DNA from: Candidatus Omnitrophota bacterium
GTDB taxonomy: Bacteria; Omnitrophota; Omnitrophia; Omnitrophales; JACQLI01
NCBI GenBank assembly: GCA_016179745.1
Contig: JACPCP010000009.1
Span: 9,084-73,083, forward strand
DNA: 64,000 nt
Direction: 5' to 3'
Positions 48,779 through 57,949 of this stretch are shown piece after piece (position 1 is the first letter of the stretch; the number at the start of each line of letters is the position of its first letter). Both the position numbers and the translations under genes were made by a program. Under the pieces are notes generated by a model. The model was not told the origin of the DNA. It saw nothing but the letters and a program-made list of their open reading frames with translations, and did not search any database.

Positions 48779-50466
48779 AGACCACCCGGATTTCCCCGGA
48801 GCGTTTTTGGCTGGTTGAATTTTTTCTCCTGCTCGTTTTTCTCGCGATCCTCTTTCAAATTTTCCAGCTTTCCCTGTTTCACCACACGGCCTTTCTCAAC
48901 CTGGCGAAAAAACAGCACCGGCTCGTGGTCGACATTCCCGCTTTACGGGGGACAATCCTGGACCGAAGGGGTCACGCCTTTGCGACGAGCCTCAAGACCC
49001 CTTCCATTTATGCCGTCCCGCGCCTGATTCCGGAGAAGGAGAAAGACCCGCTGGCCGGGAAGCTTTCGGACCTCCTTTCGATTTCCCGCCTACGGGTCCG
49101 CGAACTCCTCGGCCGTGACAAGTCTTTTGTCTGGATCAAACGCCGGGTCTCCTCCGAGGAAGCGAAGAAAATTGAGGCGCTTAAAACATCGGCCCTCGGG
49201 ATCGACTACGAATACAAACGTTTTTACCCCGACGGCCGGCTTTTGGCCAATGTCCTCGGCTTCACCAATGTCGACACGCAGGGGATTGAGGGGATTGAGC
49301 GGACACTCAATGAAGAGCTCGCCGGGAAGCCCGGGAAGCGCTACACCCGGCGGGACGCCCTCGGCCGGGAAATCAAGGCCTTTGAGGAGCGGATGACCCC
49401 CGCCCTGGACGGCCACCGGGTGATCCTCGCCATCGATCGTTATCTTCAATACGTGACGGAGCGGGCGCTCGACCGGTCCTACCGGCAATATCACGCCAAG
49501 GGCGCCACGGCCGTTTTGATGAATCCCCGGACCGGTGAAGTCCTCGCGATGGCAAGCCGGCCCACGTTTGATCCCAATTCGCCGGGGGAGGATCCCTTCG
49601 AGAATTACCGGAACCGGACGATTACGGACATGTTCGAGCCGGGCTCGGTCTTCAAGATTGTTACGGCGACGGGGCTTTTGTCGGAACGCAAGGTCACGAT
49701 GACCGAGAAAATATTTTGCGAAAACGGCGAGTGGCAATACGGCAAAAAGGCGCTCCACGACGTGCACCCTTACGGACTTTTGTCCTTTCCCGAGGTCATC
49801 ATCAAATCCAGCAACATTGGAACGGCCAAGCTGGCCTCCCGGCTCGGAAATGACGGACTTCACCGATACGTAAAGCTTTTGGGGTTTGGGGAAAGGACGG
49901 GGGTTGATTTGGAGGGTGAGGCGCCGGGATTTATTCGGCCTCCCAGGCAGTGGTCAAAGACTTCGCCGGTGGCCATTCCGATCGGTCAGGAAGTGATGGT
50001 GACGGCGCTCCAGTTGGTGCGGGCCATTTCTTTCATTGCCAATGGCGGAACCCTCGTGAAGCCGCACGTGATTGAAAGGGTGGAGGACGTTCATGGCGTC
50101 ACGCTTCGAAAATACACGGCGGAGCAGGAATATGTGGGCCTCGAGCCCGGGGTCGTCGAGGTCCTCAAGGAAACGCTCTGGCGGGCGACCGAGCAGGGGA
50201 CCGGAAAAAGCGCCCGGGTCAAAGGGGTGCCGGTCGCCGGAAAAACGGGGACGGCGCAGAAGATTCTTCCGAACGGCCGGGGCTACTCGCACTCCAGTTT
50301 TATGGGCTCTTTCATCGGCTTTGCCCCGGCTGACCACCCGCTTTTAGCGATGGTCGTTGTGCTCGACGATCCGAGGGGGGCCTATTACGGAGGGACGGTG
50401 GCGGCGCCGGTCTTTGCAGAAGTGATGGAGCCTGCCTTAATCCACGTGGGGTATGCACCCAACTAG
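48739..50466 (+). CDS. ftsI: Peptidoglycan D,D-transpeptidase (class B PBP, FtsI-type)
   Basis: TM anchor, PBP dimerisation domain, and transpeptidase motifs (EPGSVFK = SxxK, SSN, KTGT). Confidence 0.9.
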   Translation: MDSSRSGSHGPIIKTTRISPERFWLVEFFLLLVFLAILFQIFQLSLFHHTAFLNLAKKQHRLVVDIPALRGTILDRRGHAFATSLKTPSIYAVPRLIPEKEKDPLAGKLSDLLSISRLRVRELLGRDKSFVWIKRRVSSEEAKKIEALKTSALGIDYEYKRFYPDGRLLANVLGFTNVDTQGIEGIERTLNEELAGKPGKRYTRRDALGREIKAFEERMTPALDGHRVILAIDRYLQYVTERALDRSYRQYHAKGATAVLMNPRTGEVLAMASRPTFDPNSPGEDPFENYRNRTITDMFEPGSVFKIVTATGLLSERKVTMTEKIFCENGEWQYGKKALHDVHPYGLLSFPEVIIKSSNIGTAKLASRLGNDGLHRYVKLLGFGERTGVDLEGEAPGFIRPPRQWSKTSPVAIPIGQEVMVTALQLVRAISFIANGGTLVKPHVIERVEDVHGVTLRKYTAEQEYVGLEPGVVEVLKETLWRATEQGTGKSARVKGVPVAGKTGTAQKILPNGRGYSHSSFMGSFIGFAPADHPLLAMVVVLDDPRGAYYGGTVAAPVFAEVMEPALIHVGYAPN

Positions 50467-50484
50467 ATTTGGTCGTAAAAACAC

Positions 50485-50549
50485 GTTTACCGCGTTTACC
50501 GGACGGCGTCCGGTGGGACGCCGTCCGGTGGGGACGGGTTAGCGGTAAC
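50485..50549. repeat. Nested palindromic element (copy 2) / bidirectional terminator between convergent ftsI and gshB
   Basis: CCGGACGGCGTCCGG (50499-50513), then TG, then GGACGCCGTCCGG (50516-50528). These are flanked by GTTTACCGC ... GCGGTAAC. The core 15-mer is identical to that at 12166-12180. Confidence 0.7.
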
Positions 50550-50554
50550 GCCCC

Positions 50555-51487
50555 CTACAGCTTTTCGAGATCCAGAATCATTTTTTTTGCAGGCTCTTTC
50601 CCGTAAAGCCGGTCGAGCTCCACGAGGCCGGCCGGGCTCGTGACGTTGACTTCAATCAATTTTTCGCCGCGCACGTCGATCCCGACAAAATGAAGCCCCT
50701 CCCGTAAAAGCGCCGGCTTTAAATCTCGCACCAGAGCCTTTTCAGACTTCGTGATTCCACAAGCCGAGAAACGTCCTCCGAGACTCAGATTGGACCGGAA
50801 TTCACCGGCCCGGGGAATCCGCTCGAAGGCGCCCAGGATATTTCCCTTCCAGAGAAGAATTCGTTTGTCGCCGTCCCCTTTCGGGACCGGGATAAATTTC
50901 TGCGCCACGACCGGATCTTTCCCTCCACGGGTGGCCTGAATCAGGAAACGACGAGCTCCCTTTCTGTTTCGAGGCAAAAGAAAGACACCCTTTCCGCCTT
51001 TTTCGTAGAGAGGCTTAATCACAAGATCGGAGCGGATCTTTCTTTGGAAACTCAGGATTTCATCAGCGTCAGAGGAGACGAGGGTGGCGGGCGTCCACCG
51101 GCCGAAGCGGAGCCCGAAAAGCTTCTCGTTCGCATTTCGGATTCCCTGCGGGTGATTGATGACAACGGTTTCTTTGACCAGAGGTCCGAGGAGATAAGTC
51201 AAAGCCAGATAACTTTGATCGAAAGGGGGATCTTTTCGAATGAAGACGGCGTCGAAACCGGCCAAATCAAATGCTTTCTCCGGGCCGTGGCGGTCGCCAA
51301 TTTCTCCGCGCGGAGAAATTTGACGTCCCCGTCCCCGGACCTTGCCCCCTTCAAGAGAAAGAGAGGCGGGAAGAAAGAGATAGGTTTCGTGTCCACGGGC
51401 GTGAAGCTTTCGAAGGAGGCAGAGCGAGGTGTCCCAGGGAAGATCGAGCTTTTCCAGGGGGTCCATCACGAAGGCAAATCGTTTCAT
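50555..51487 (-). CDS. gshB: Glutathione synthetase (ATP-grasp)
   Basis: MKRFAFVMDPLEKLD...DTSL...IRKDPPFD...NANEKL...KPLYEKGGKGVF matches GshB. Confidence 0.9.
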   Translation of the reverse strand: MKRFAFVMDPLEKLDLPWDTSLCLLRKLHARGHETYLFLPASLSLEGGKVRGRGRQISPRGEIGDRHGPEKAFDLAGFDAVFIRKDPPFDQSYLALTYLLGPLVKETVVINHPQGIRNANEKLFGLRFGRWTPATLVSSDADEILSFQRKIRSDLVIKPLYEKGGKGVFLLPRNRKGARRFLIQATRGGKDPVVAQKFIPVPKGDGDKRILLWKGNILGAFERIPRAGEFRSNLSLGGRFSACGITKSEKALVRDLKPALLREGLHFVGIDVRGEKLIEVNVTSPAGLVELDRLYGKEPAKKMILDLEKL

Positions 51488-51523
51488 TTTGTGCTCCCGT
51501 GGGCTGTGTTAGCATATTAAACC

Positions 51524-52885
51524 ATGAGCACGCTTCCAGGAGAACAGGAATCTCGGATTCTCGCCTCAGAGGAGGAGCTCTACGGCTACTTCCAGAAGTT
51601 TTCGAAGCCGGCCGCCCGTCAACGAGTGGGGATCGAATGCGAATTTTTCGGCGTCGAACGGGCGACCGGGAAGGCCCTCCTTTATTTAGGGCCCCGGGGA
51701 ATCGAGGCGGTCCTCTCTCGGCTGGCCGCCACTTTTCATTACGAGCCGATCCTTGAGGAGGGCCACGTCATTGCGCTCAGGAAGGGTGAGAACTGGATTA
51801 CCCTCGAACCGGGAGGCCAGGTGGAGCTCAGTGCCCCGCCGGTTTCAACCATCTTCGAAGTGGAAAAACAGATTCAAAGCTTTGCCGCCGAACTTCGTGA
51901 AGTGGAAAACTATTTTCCGGGGATTGCCTGGCTCTCGGTGGGGCTTCACCCCTTCAGCTCCCTCGAAGACACACCGTGGGTGCCGAAGCGCCGATACGAG
52001 ATTATGAAGGCGTATTTGGGCGGGCGGGGGAGACTGGCCCACGAAATGATGAAGCTCACTGCCACCAATCAAGCCAATTTCGATTACCCGGACGAGGCGA
52101 CGGCGCTGGCCCAATTCCGGGTGATTCACGGGATCACCTCGTTTGTCTCGGCGGCGTTCGGTCATTCCGCCTTTTCTGCCGGGAAACCGAATGGTTATTT
52201 GGGGCGCCGCCTGGCCATTTGGAATGAAACCGATCCTGACCGGTGCGGCCTTTTGGCGGAATTCATCGAGGAGGGAAAAACATTCCGGGATTACATCGAA
52301 TACGTTCTTCGGATGCCTTTGATGTTCATTGTTCGGGAGGGGAAATGGGTTCCTATGGAAGGGGTCTCCTTTCGGGAATTTGTGAGAAAGGGACGGGGAG
52401 AATTCCGTGCGACGCGGAGCGACTTTGAACTCCACTTGAGCACCGTTTTCCCCGAGGCCCGCTTCAAGCAATACATTGAAGTGCGGGGGGTGGATGCCCA
52501 ACGGCTCCCGCTCATTCCCGCCGTGGCCGCCTTCTGGAAAGGGATTCTTTACGATCCTGAAGTCCGGGAGAAGATCTGGAGTTTAGTCCGGGATTTTCGG
52601 CCGAAGGAGTGTCTGGCTTTACACCGTGCCGTTCCGAAGGAAGGACTGAAAGCGAGAATCGGTTCGGTTTCGGTGTGTGAAATTACCCAGGAACTTTTCC
52701 ACCTCTCCTGCAGGGGGTTGGGGAGACAGGCCCGGGAAGGGGAAGAGAGCGAATGTCTTTATCTCGATCGAATCGAAGAGGAAATTATCCGGCCCTGCCG
52801 TTCCCCCGCCGAAACTCTGCTTGAGAAGTGGGAGGGCGATTTCAACCAGGATCCTCAAAGGCTGATTCGCCATCTAGAGATTTAA
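51524..52885 (+). CDS. gshA: Glutamate--cysteine ligase (GCS2/plant-cyanobacterial type)
   Basis: VGIECEFFGV..., TLEPGGQVELSAPP and EVRGVDAQ motifs. Divergent from gshB. Confidence 0.8.
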   Translation: MSTLPGEQESRILASEEELYGYFQKFSKPAARQRVGIECEFFGVERATGKALLYLGPRGIEAVLSRLAATFHYEPILEEGHVIALRKGENWITLEPGGQVELSAPPVSTIFEVEKQIQSFAAELREVENYFPGIAWLSVGLHPFSSLEDTPWVPKRRYEIMKAYLGGRGRLAHEMMKLTATNQANFDYPDEATALAQFRVIHGITSFVSAAFGHSAFSAGKPNGYLGRRLAIWNETDPDRCGLLAEFIEEGKTFRDYIEYVLRMPLMFIVREGKWVPMEGVSFREFVRKGRGEFRATRSDFELHLSTVFPEARFKQYIEVRGVDAQRLPLIPAVAAFWKGILYDPEVREKIWSLVRDFRPKECLALHRAVPKEGLKARIGSVSVCEITQELFHLSCRGLGRQAREGEESECLYLDRIEEEIIRPCRSPAETLLEKWEGDFNQDPQRLIRHLEI

Positions 52886-52955
52886 CCCCTCTCATGTTAC
52901 AATCCTCGCCGTCCCATTCTTAATTTTTAATTCTTCATTCTGCATTGCTTTTAAT

Positions 52956-53033
<78 letters not shown>

Positions 53034-53085
53034 TTTTTCGCTTCGCTCAAAATTGATCGGGCTACCTTAAAATAACAGTGGCAGT

Positions 53086-53433
53086 GTGATCATGAAAATC
53101 ATCGAAGAAAAGCTGACCTTTGAGGAATTGAAGCAAATGGCCGCGCGGACGTTTGGGGACTTTATGAAGGCGGTCGTCGACATTGACCGGGAGCTCATCG
53201 CCGTGGACGCCGGGCTTCACTCGGATTTAGAGGCACTGTTGCTTGAAAAGGGGTCAAAACAGGAGAACCTTTGGGGAATTAATCTTTATCCGAGGGAGAC
53301 AGGAGAAGGGTTCATCGAATTTGATTCCATGATCAATATGCGTCCTGCCCGGGGCAACCGCAGCCGTGGCGTAGAGGACCCAGAGGTTCGCCGGAAAATT
53401 ACAGCGGTCATTGCAAAAAGGATTTCCCAATGA
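53086..53433 (+). CDS. DUF5674-like small protein
   Basis: The pattern FGDFMKAVVDIDRELIAVDAGLHSDLEALLLEKGSKQENLWGINLYP is recalled as DUF5674. ATG 53092 is an alternative start. Confidence 0.55.
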   Translation: MIMKIIEEKLTFEELKQMAARTFGDFMKAVVDIDRELIAVDAGLHSDLEALLLEKGSKQENLWGINLYPRETGEGFIEFDSMINMRPARGNRSRGVEDPEVRRKITAVIAKRISQ

Positions 53434-53762
53434 GCTATCAGAGTGCCGGTCTTGCGGCAGGGCGCTGGCGGCAATTGACTTTTCTGGAGCAGATGGCCCA
53501 TATCGGAAGCGAAGTGGAACGGGCGCTCAACTGGCGGGCGAAGAAAAACGAGGTTTACTCACAAGGAGCTTTTGAGCGGGCGCTGGAGTTGATGGATTTG
53601 ACCCTGGCGGCGCACCGGGATTTTCCCCGCTTGAAAGAGGTGGCCCGCACGAGGGAGGCGTGGGTCGACTTTTTTTCCGGGACCAACGAGTATGGTTCTA
53701 CAGAGGTGTCCTGGAAGAAATACTTTTTAGCTTTCACCTTTGCCGCCCGCCGGGATCGTTAA
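53430..53762 (+). CDS. Hypothetical helical protein coupled to the DUF5674 gene
   Basis: ATGA overlap with the upstream gene. Predicted all-helical. No assignable motif. Confidence 0.5.
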   Translation: MSYQSAGLAAGRWRQLTFLEQMAHIGSEVERALNWRAKKNEVYSQGAFERALELMDLTLAAHRDFPRLKEVARTREAWVDFFSGTNEYGSTEVSWKKYFLAFTFAARRDR

Positions 53763-53784
53763 GGATTGGATTCAAAGCATACCG

Positions 53785-54486
53785 ATGACGACAACCCATG
53801 ACGCTTTAGGGAAGATCTGGTATCTGAAAAAGGTCAATCTCTTCCAAGGGCTTTCCAAAGAGGAGATGGCCCAGCTGGCCCAATTGACGCAGATGAAAAG
53901 TTTTAAACGGGGCGAGGCGATTTACCTTTCCGGCCAGCCGGGCCGTCAGGTCTACTTTTTGAAACAAGGAGTGGTCAAAATCTCGAAACTGAGCGGCGAG
54001 GGGCATGAGCTGACGCTGGCGCTCCTCAATCCCGGTGAAATTTTTGGGGAGCTGGAGGCGGTGGAGGAAAGCGCCCGCAACGCCCAAGCCGTAGCCCACA
54101 GTGATGTCTTGATCTGCGTCTTAAACCGGCAGGACCTTCTCAGGATGATGGAGTCAAAGCCGGACGTGGGAATCCGGTTGACCAAATTGATTGGTTTCAG
54201 GCGGCGGGTGATTGAGAACCGTCTCGGCAATCTCATCTTCCGGAGCATTCCCCAGAGACTCGCCGCTTTGCTCCTGGAATTAAGGGAGCCCTTCGGTAAA
54301 AAGACCGGCGGTGGGACCCGGCTCGACGTCCCGCTTACGCACGAAGACCTTGCGAATCTGATCGGAACGGCCCGGGCGACTTTGACCGAGGCCCTCAACG
54401 ACTTTAAAAAGGAAGGCCTCGTCGAAACGGAAGGGAAGCGGATCACAATCAAAAAGCCGGAGGCCCTCGAACTCATTGTGCGCTGA
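53785..54486 (+). CDS. Crp/Fnr-family transcriptional regulator
   Basis: cNMP-binding fold (GEIFGELEA), and a C-terminal HTH THEDLANLIGTARATLTEALNDFKKEG. Confidence 0.85.
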   Translation: MTTTHDALGKIWYLKKVNLFQGLSKEEMAQLAQLTQMKSFKRGEAIYLSGQPGRQVYFLKQGVVKISKLSGEGHELTLALLNPGEIFGELEAVEESARNAQAVAHSDVLICVLNRQDLLRMMESKPDVGIRLTKLIGFRRRVIENRLGNLIFRSIPQRLAALLLELREPFGKKTGGGTRLDVPLTHEDLANLIGTARATLTEALNDFKKEGLVETEGKRITIKKPEALELIVR

Positions 54487-56848
54487 TCGCTCCTCCGTGG
54501 TTTCACGGCTAGGCCTCCTTGGCCTTTTCTTTGTCTCGGCAGCCGTCATTCAACTCGAACTCCTTTTAATTCGTGCCACCTCGGTCATTTTGTGGAATCA
54601 CCACACCCCCTTGATTCTCACTCTGGCCCTTTTCGGGTTCGGTGCGAGCGGGGTTTTATGGGCGTCATCCCGCGCGGAGTTTCGGGACGATGCATCAAAA
54701 AGATCTCTTTCTTTTATTCTCGCCCTTCTTTTCTCTGCTGCCGTCATCTTCGTTTTTTTTATTTTCACAAGGATGCCGCTACTTGTAATGGGAGAAAAGC
54801 TTCCGGGGCTCAGGACGCTCTATTGGGTTTTGACCTTGATTGCCTTGATTTTCCCTTTCTTTTTCGGGGGGACCTTGATCGGGCTTTGGATCATTTTTGC
54901 AGGTGAAACTTCGGGAAAGGTTTATGGAATAAACCTGATCGGATCGGGCATCGGAAGTTTGAGTTATCTTTTTACCATTTCATCCCTCGGCGCCTCAGGT
55001 TCGGTTTTCTTTGTGATCTTTCTCCTGCTTGCGGGTGCCGTCTGTTTTTCCATGAGAAAAGAGGCCTTGTGGCAGGCAACGCTCAGCCTTGTTCTGCTTC
55101 TTGCGAGTATGGGAGCAATCTTTTTTGGAGAGTCGCTTATGCCGGTAGAAGCGCCGGTTGGAAAGCGGGTTTCCAAAGCTCCTCGTGAAGCGATTCTTTA
55201 CACCGGCTGGAATACCCTCTCCCGCGTAGACGTGATGCCGCCCGGCTTTGAAGGCACAACCAATCTCACCGTCTTGATCGATGGGGGGGCCGCCACGACT
55301 TACATTCCGCGGATTGAAGGAGGTCTTGATCGGGAAAATCCGGATCGCGTGCGGTCAGGGAACCCCTTAATCCATCGAATCAAAGAGGGGGAAGGGGAGG
55401 GGCCCTCGATCCTTGTCGTCGGGTCCGGAGGCGGTATCGATGTCCGTGATTTTCTCGTGAATGGGGCGAGCCGGGTTACCGCCGTCGAGATTAACCCCCT
55501 CATGAATGAACTCGTCCGGAAACGATTTCGGCGGGAGGCGGGGAATCTCTATCAGGATCCACGGGTGCGGGTCATCACAGGTGACGTGCGGAGTTTTCTT
55601 TCAAAAACCGATGAGAGATTCGATATCATCCATCTTGGCCTCCCCATCACCAACGCCGCCCTCGCCTCGGGCGCTGTCAATCTCTCGGAAAACACCCTTC
55701 TTACGGAGGAAGCCCTGGGAGTCTATTTCTCACATCTGGTCCCCGGGGGAATCTTTTATCTTTATCACAACGAACTTTCAGCGCTCAGGACGGTTGTCAC
55801 TGCAGCGCGTTTTTTTCGAGAAAAGGAATTCACTCCCTTATCTGAATCGGTGGTCGCTCTCCTCGCTGCGAGCAATCCCGAAGAGCGCCCGATCACGGGG
55901 GTTAGAGCCGAACTTTTGATTAAAAAGGGGGCCTTCAGTTTTGAAGAGCTGAAGAAGGTGCGTGATGTTGCGAAAAGATACGGGTTTACGACTCGTTACC
56001 TCCCGGGCGAAAAGGGGGAGAGCTATTTTCATCGTTTTTTTGACGCGACCCTTGGAGAAAAGGAGTTGAAACCTTTCCCCGATCTGTTGCGGCCCCCTAC
56101 CGATGAACGCCCTTACTTTTTTCATCTGGTGACGTGGCGGGAATTCTTCCGGCGGATCTTCGATAAAAATATTGCGGCGGGAGAAGGGAGCCTTCTCTTG
56201 TCTCTGGCGCTCGTTCTAGTTTTAATTTTCCCGTTCATTCTTTTCAGCCTGCCAAGGCTGGCAAAAAGCCCACGCCGTGATCCCGGCTGGCTTTATCTCT
56301 TTGCAGGGACCAGTTCAGGATTCGGCTTCATGCTTCTCGAGTTTGTCTTGTTAAGCTGGCTTCGGATCCTTTGGGGGAATCCGGAGACCGCCGCCATGAT
56401 AATTCTTTCGGTCTTCCTGGTCAGCGCCGGCCTGGGAAGCCTTTCGGTGCGGTTTCTGGCGGGAAAGATTCCGGGATTTATTCTGATGCTCGGCGGAACC
56501 CTCTTCCTTTTTTGCTTTGGAGCGGCCCGAGGGATGCCGGAGCTGATCCGCACTCTTTGGGCTGCGTCAGAAAGCGCAAAAATTTTTGGAACGCTTGTCG
56601 TTCTCACTCCCTTTGGCTTTGTCATCGGAATGCCTTTTGCCTGGCTTCTGGAGAGGCTCTCAAGGATTTCTCATCTCTGGTCGGGATGGGCGTGGGTCTA
56701 TAATATTTTCAGCTCTTCTCTTGGATCGATCCTCGGTTTTATGGTGGCCATGGATTACGGCTACTCCATGGTTTTTGGAATAGCGGCATTCTCTTATGCG
56801 GTCTTCTTGATCCTGATTTGTTTTTCCAGAGGATGGGGGCCGCGTTAG
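54476..56848 (+). CDS. Polytopic membrane protein with an embedded spermidine-synthase-like methyltransferase-fold domain
   Basis: About 7 N-terminal TM helices. Central ILVVGSGGGIDVRDFL...VTAVEINP...DPRVRVITGDVRSFL...FDIIHLG. Additional TM helices at the C-terminus. Confidence 0.75.
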   Translation: MCADRSSVVSRLGLLGLFFVSAAVIQLELLLIRATSVILWNHHTPLILTLALFGFGASGVLWASSRAEFRDDASKRSLSFILALLFSAAVIFVFFIFTRMPLLVMGEKLPGLRTLYWVLTLIALIFPFFFGGTLIGLWIIFAGETSGKVYGINLIGSGIGSLSYLFTISSLGASGSVFFVIFLLLAGAVCFSMRKEALWQATLSLVLLLASMGAIFFGESLMPVEAPVGKRVSKAPREAILYTGWNTLSRVDVMPPGFEGTTNLTVLIDGGAATTYIPRIEGGLDRENPDRVRSGNPLIHRIKEGEGEGPSILVVGSGGGIDVRDFLVNGASRVTAVEINPLMNELVRKRFRREAGNLYQDPRVRVITGDVRSFLSKTDERFDIIHLGLPITNAALASGAVNLSENTLLTEEALGVYFSHLVPGGIFYLYHNELSALRTVVTAARFFREKEFTPLSESVVALLAASNPEERPITGVRAELLIKKGAFSFEELKKVRDVAKRYGFTTRYLPGEKGESYFHRFFDATLGEKELKPFPDLLRPPTDERPYFFHLVTWREFFRRIFDKNIAAGEGSLLLSLALVLVLIFPFILFSLPRLAKSPRRDPGWLYLFAGTSSGFGFMLLEFVLLSWLRILWGNPETAAMIILSVFLVSAGLGSLSVRFLAGKIPGFILMLGGTLFLFCFGAARGMPELIRTLWAASESAKIFGTLVVLTPFGFVIGMPFAWLLERLSRISHLWSGWAWVYNIFSSSLGSILGFMVAMDYGYSMVFGIAAFSYAVFLILICFSRGWGPR

Positions 56849-56906
56849 CTCCAAAAGGGTAAACCATGGATAAAATAAAGGGAAAACCTGATATAAAATT
56901 TTCCTC

Positions 56907-56938
56907 TTGACTCTAGAGTATACTCCAGGATGTATGGT
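56907..56938 (+). promoter_or_regulatory. MerR-type promoter/operator P1
   Basis: TTGACT, a 20-nt spacer containing the dyad CTAGAGTATACTCCAG, then TATGGT. The over-long spacer is typical of MerR-activated promoters. Confidence 0.6.
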
Positions 56939-57005
56939 TAAAATGCGGAAGTAATCGGCGGTTTTTCATGCCGCCACTTCTCGCAAAACGGAGGCGGGAA
57001 AAGCG

Positions 57006-57572
57006 ATGTTGGTAAAGACATTATGGACCGTTGGAATCGTTGCGCTTGTCTTCCTTAACGCAATTTCTTTCGGTCAGGCCGAGATTGAAGAAGTTAAACT
57101 CGAGGTCGATGGTCTTGCCTGCCCTTTTTGTGCTTATGGGCTTGAGAAGAAACTGAAGAAAGTGCCGGGCACATCCGCTTACGAGATCGATATGAAAAGA
57201 GGAGAGGCGTTTGTGCGCTCCGAGAAGAAAACAGCGCTTAATTTCGCGAGCTTTGAAAATGCCGTCAGAGAAGCCGGATTTACCCTAAGGGGGATCACCG
57301 TCAAGGCCGTAGGGAAAATTGTGGATTTAGAAGAGGGTTTTGCTTTTGAAGTCCGAGAGTCAGGACAGAGGTTTCTTTTGTTTGAGGGTACGCAGAGTCA
57401 TGAGAAGTACCACGCGGGAGAAAAAATCAAGCCGCTTTCAAAAAAGCTTGAGAACGAGCTTTCAGCCTTTAAGGATAAGGGAATCCCCCTTCGAATTGAA
57501 GGGACGATTCATCCCCACGAAGGTCTCGCTCCAGGATTGCTTATCAAACGTTACGAGGAAGTAAAAGCGTGA
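57006..57572 (+). CDS. Exported heavy-metal-associated (HMA) domain protein with a C-terminal extension
   Basis: Signal peptide. HMA fold with VDGLACPFCAYGLEKKL (CxxC). Extra domain of about 90 aa. Confidence 0.75.
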   Translation: MLVKTLWTVGIVALVFLNAISFGQAEIEEVKLEVDGLACPFCAYGLEKKLKKVPGTSAYEIDMKRGEAFVRSEKKTALNFASFENAVREAGFTLRGITVKAVGKIVDLEEGFAFEVRESGQRFLLFEGTQSHEKYHAGEKIKPLSKKLENELSAFKDKGIPLRIEGTIHPHEGLAPGLLIKRYEEVKA

Positions 57573-57949
57573 GCAAAGAAAAGATCGTTCATTTCCTTGC
57601 TTTATTTGGTTCGACAAGTACGCTTCTCTGCTGTGCGCTCCCTGCTTTGCTTGCGACGGTTGCAGGAGGAGTTGTCCTAAGCGCCTTAATCTCTGCTTTC
57701 CCTTGGCTGATTCCTCTTTCCCGTAATAAGGATTGGATCTTTATCATTGCGGGAGTACTCATTCTAATAAGCGGAATCCTCACCTTCGGGCCGAAGGGGA
57801 AAATAGCCTGCGCGCTTACGGGCGGAAAAGGATGTGAGGTTGCTGGTGGCTTTACTCGCATCCTCTTTTTTGTTTCCTTGGCGATTTATCTTATGGGCGG
57901 ATTCGTTGCCTATGCCTTGGTCCCTCTGTTGCGATTCTTCGAAGCATGA
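57569..57949 (+). CDS. MerT/MerC-like metal-transport membrane protein
   Basis: TM1 carries the vicinal cysteines LLCCALP. A second Cys pair is present (CALTGGKGC). Four TM helices. GTGA coupling to the upstream gene. Confidence 0.6.
   Translation: MSKEKIVHFLALFGSTSTLLCCALPALLATVAGGVVLSALISAFPWLIPLSRNKDWIFIIAGVLILISGILTFGPKGKIACALTGGKGCEVAGGFTRILFFVSLAIYLMGGFVAYALVPLLRFFEA

Noticed and set aside
49090-49863. 257-aa minus-strand ORF antisense to ftsI
   Set aside because: It lies opposite a class B PBP that has intact SxxK/SSN/KTG motifs, so it is a shadow ORF.
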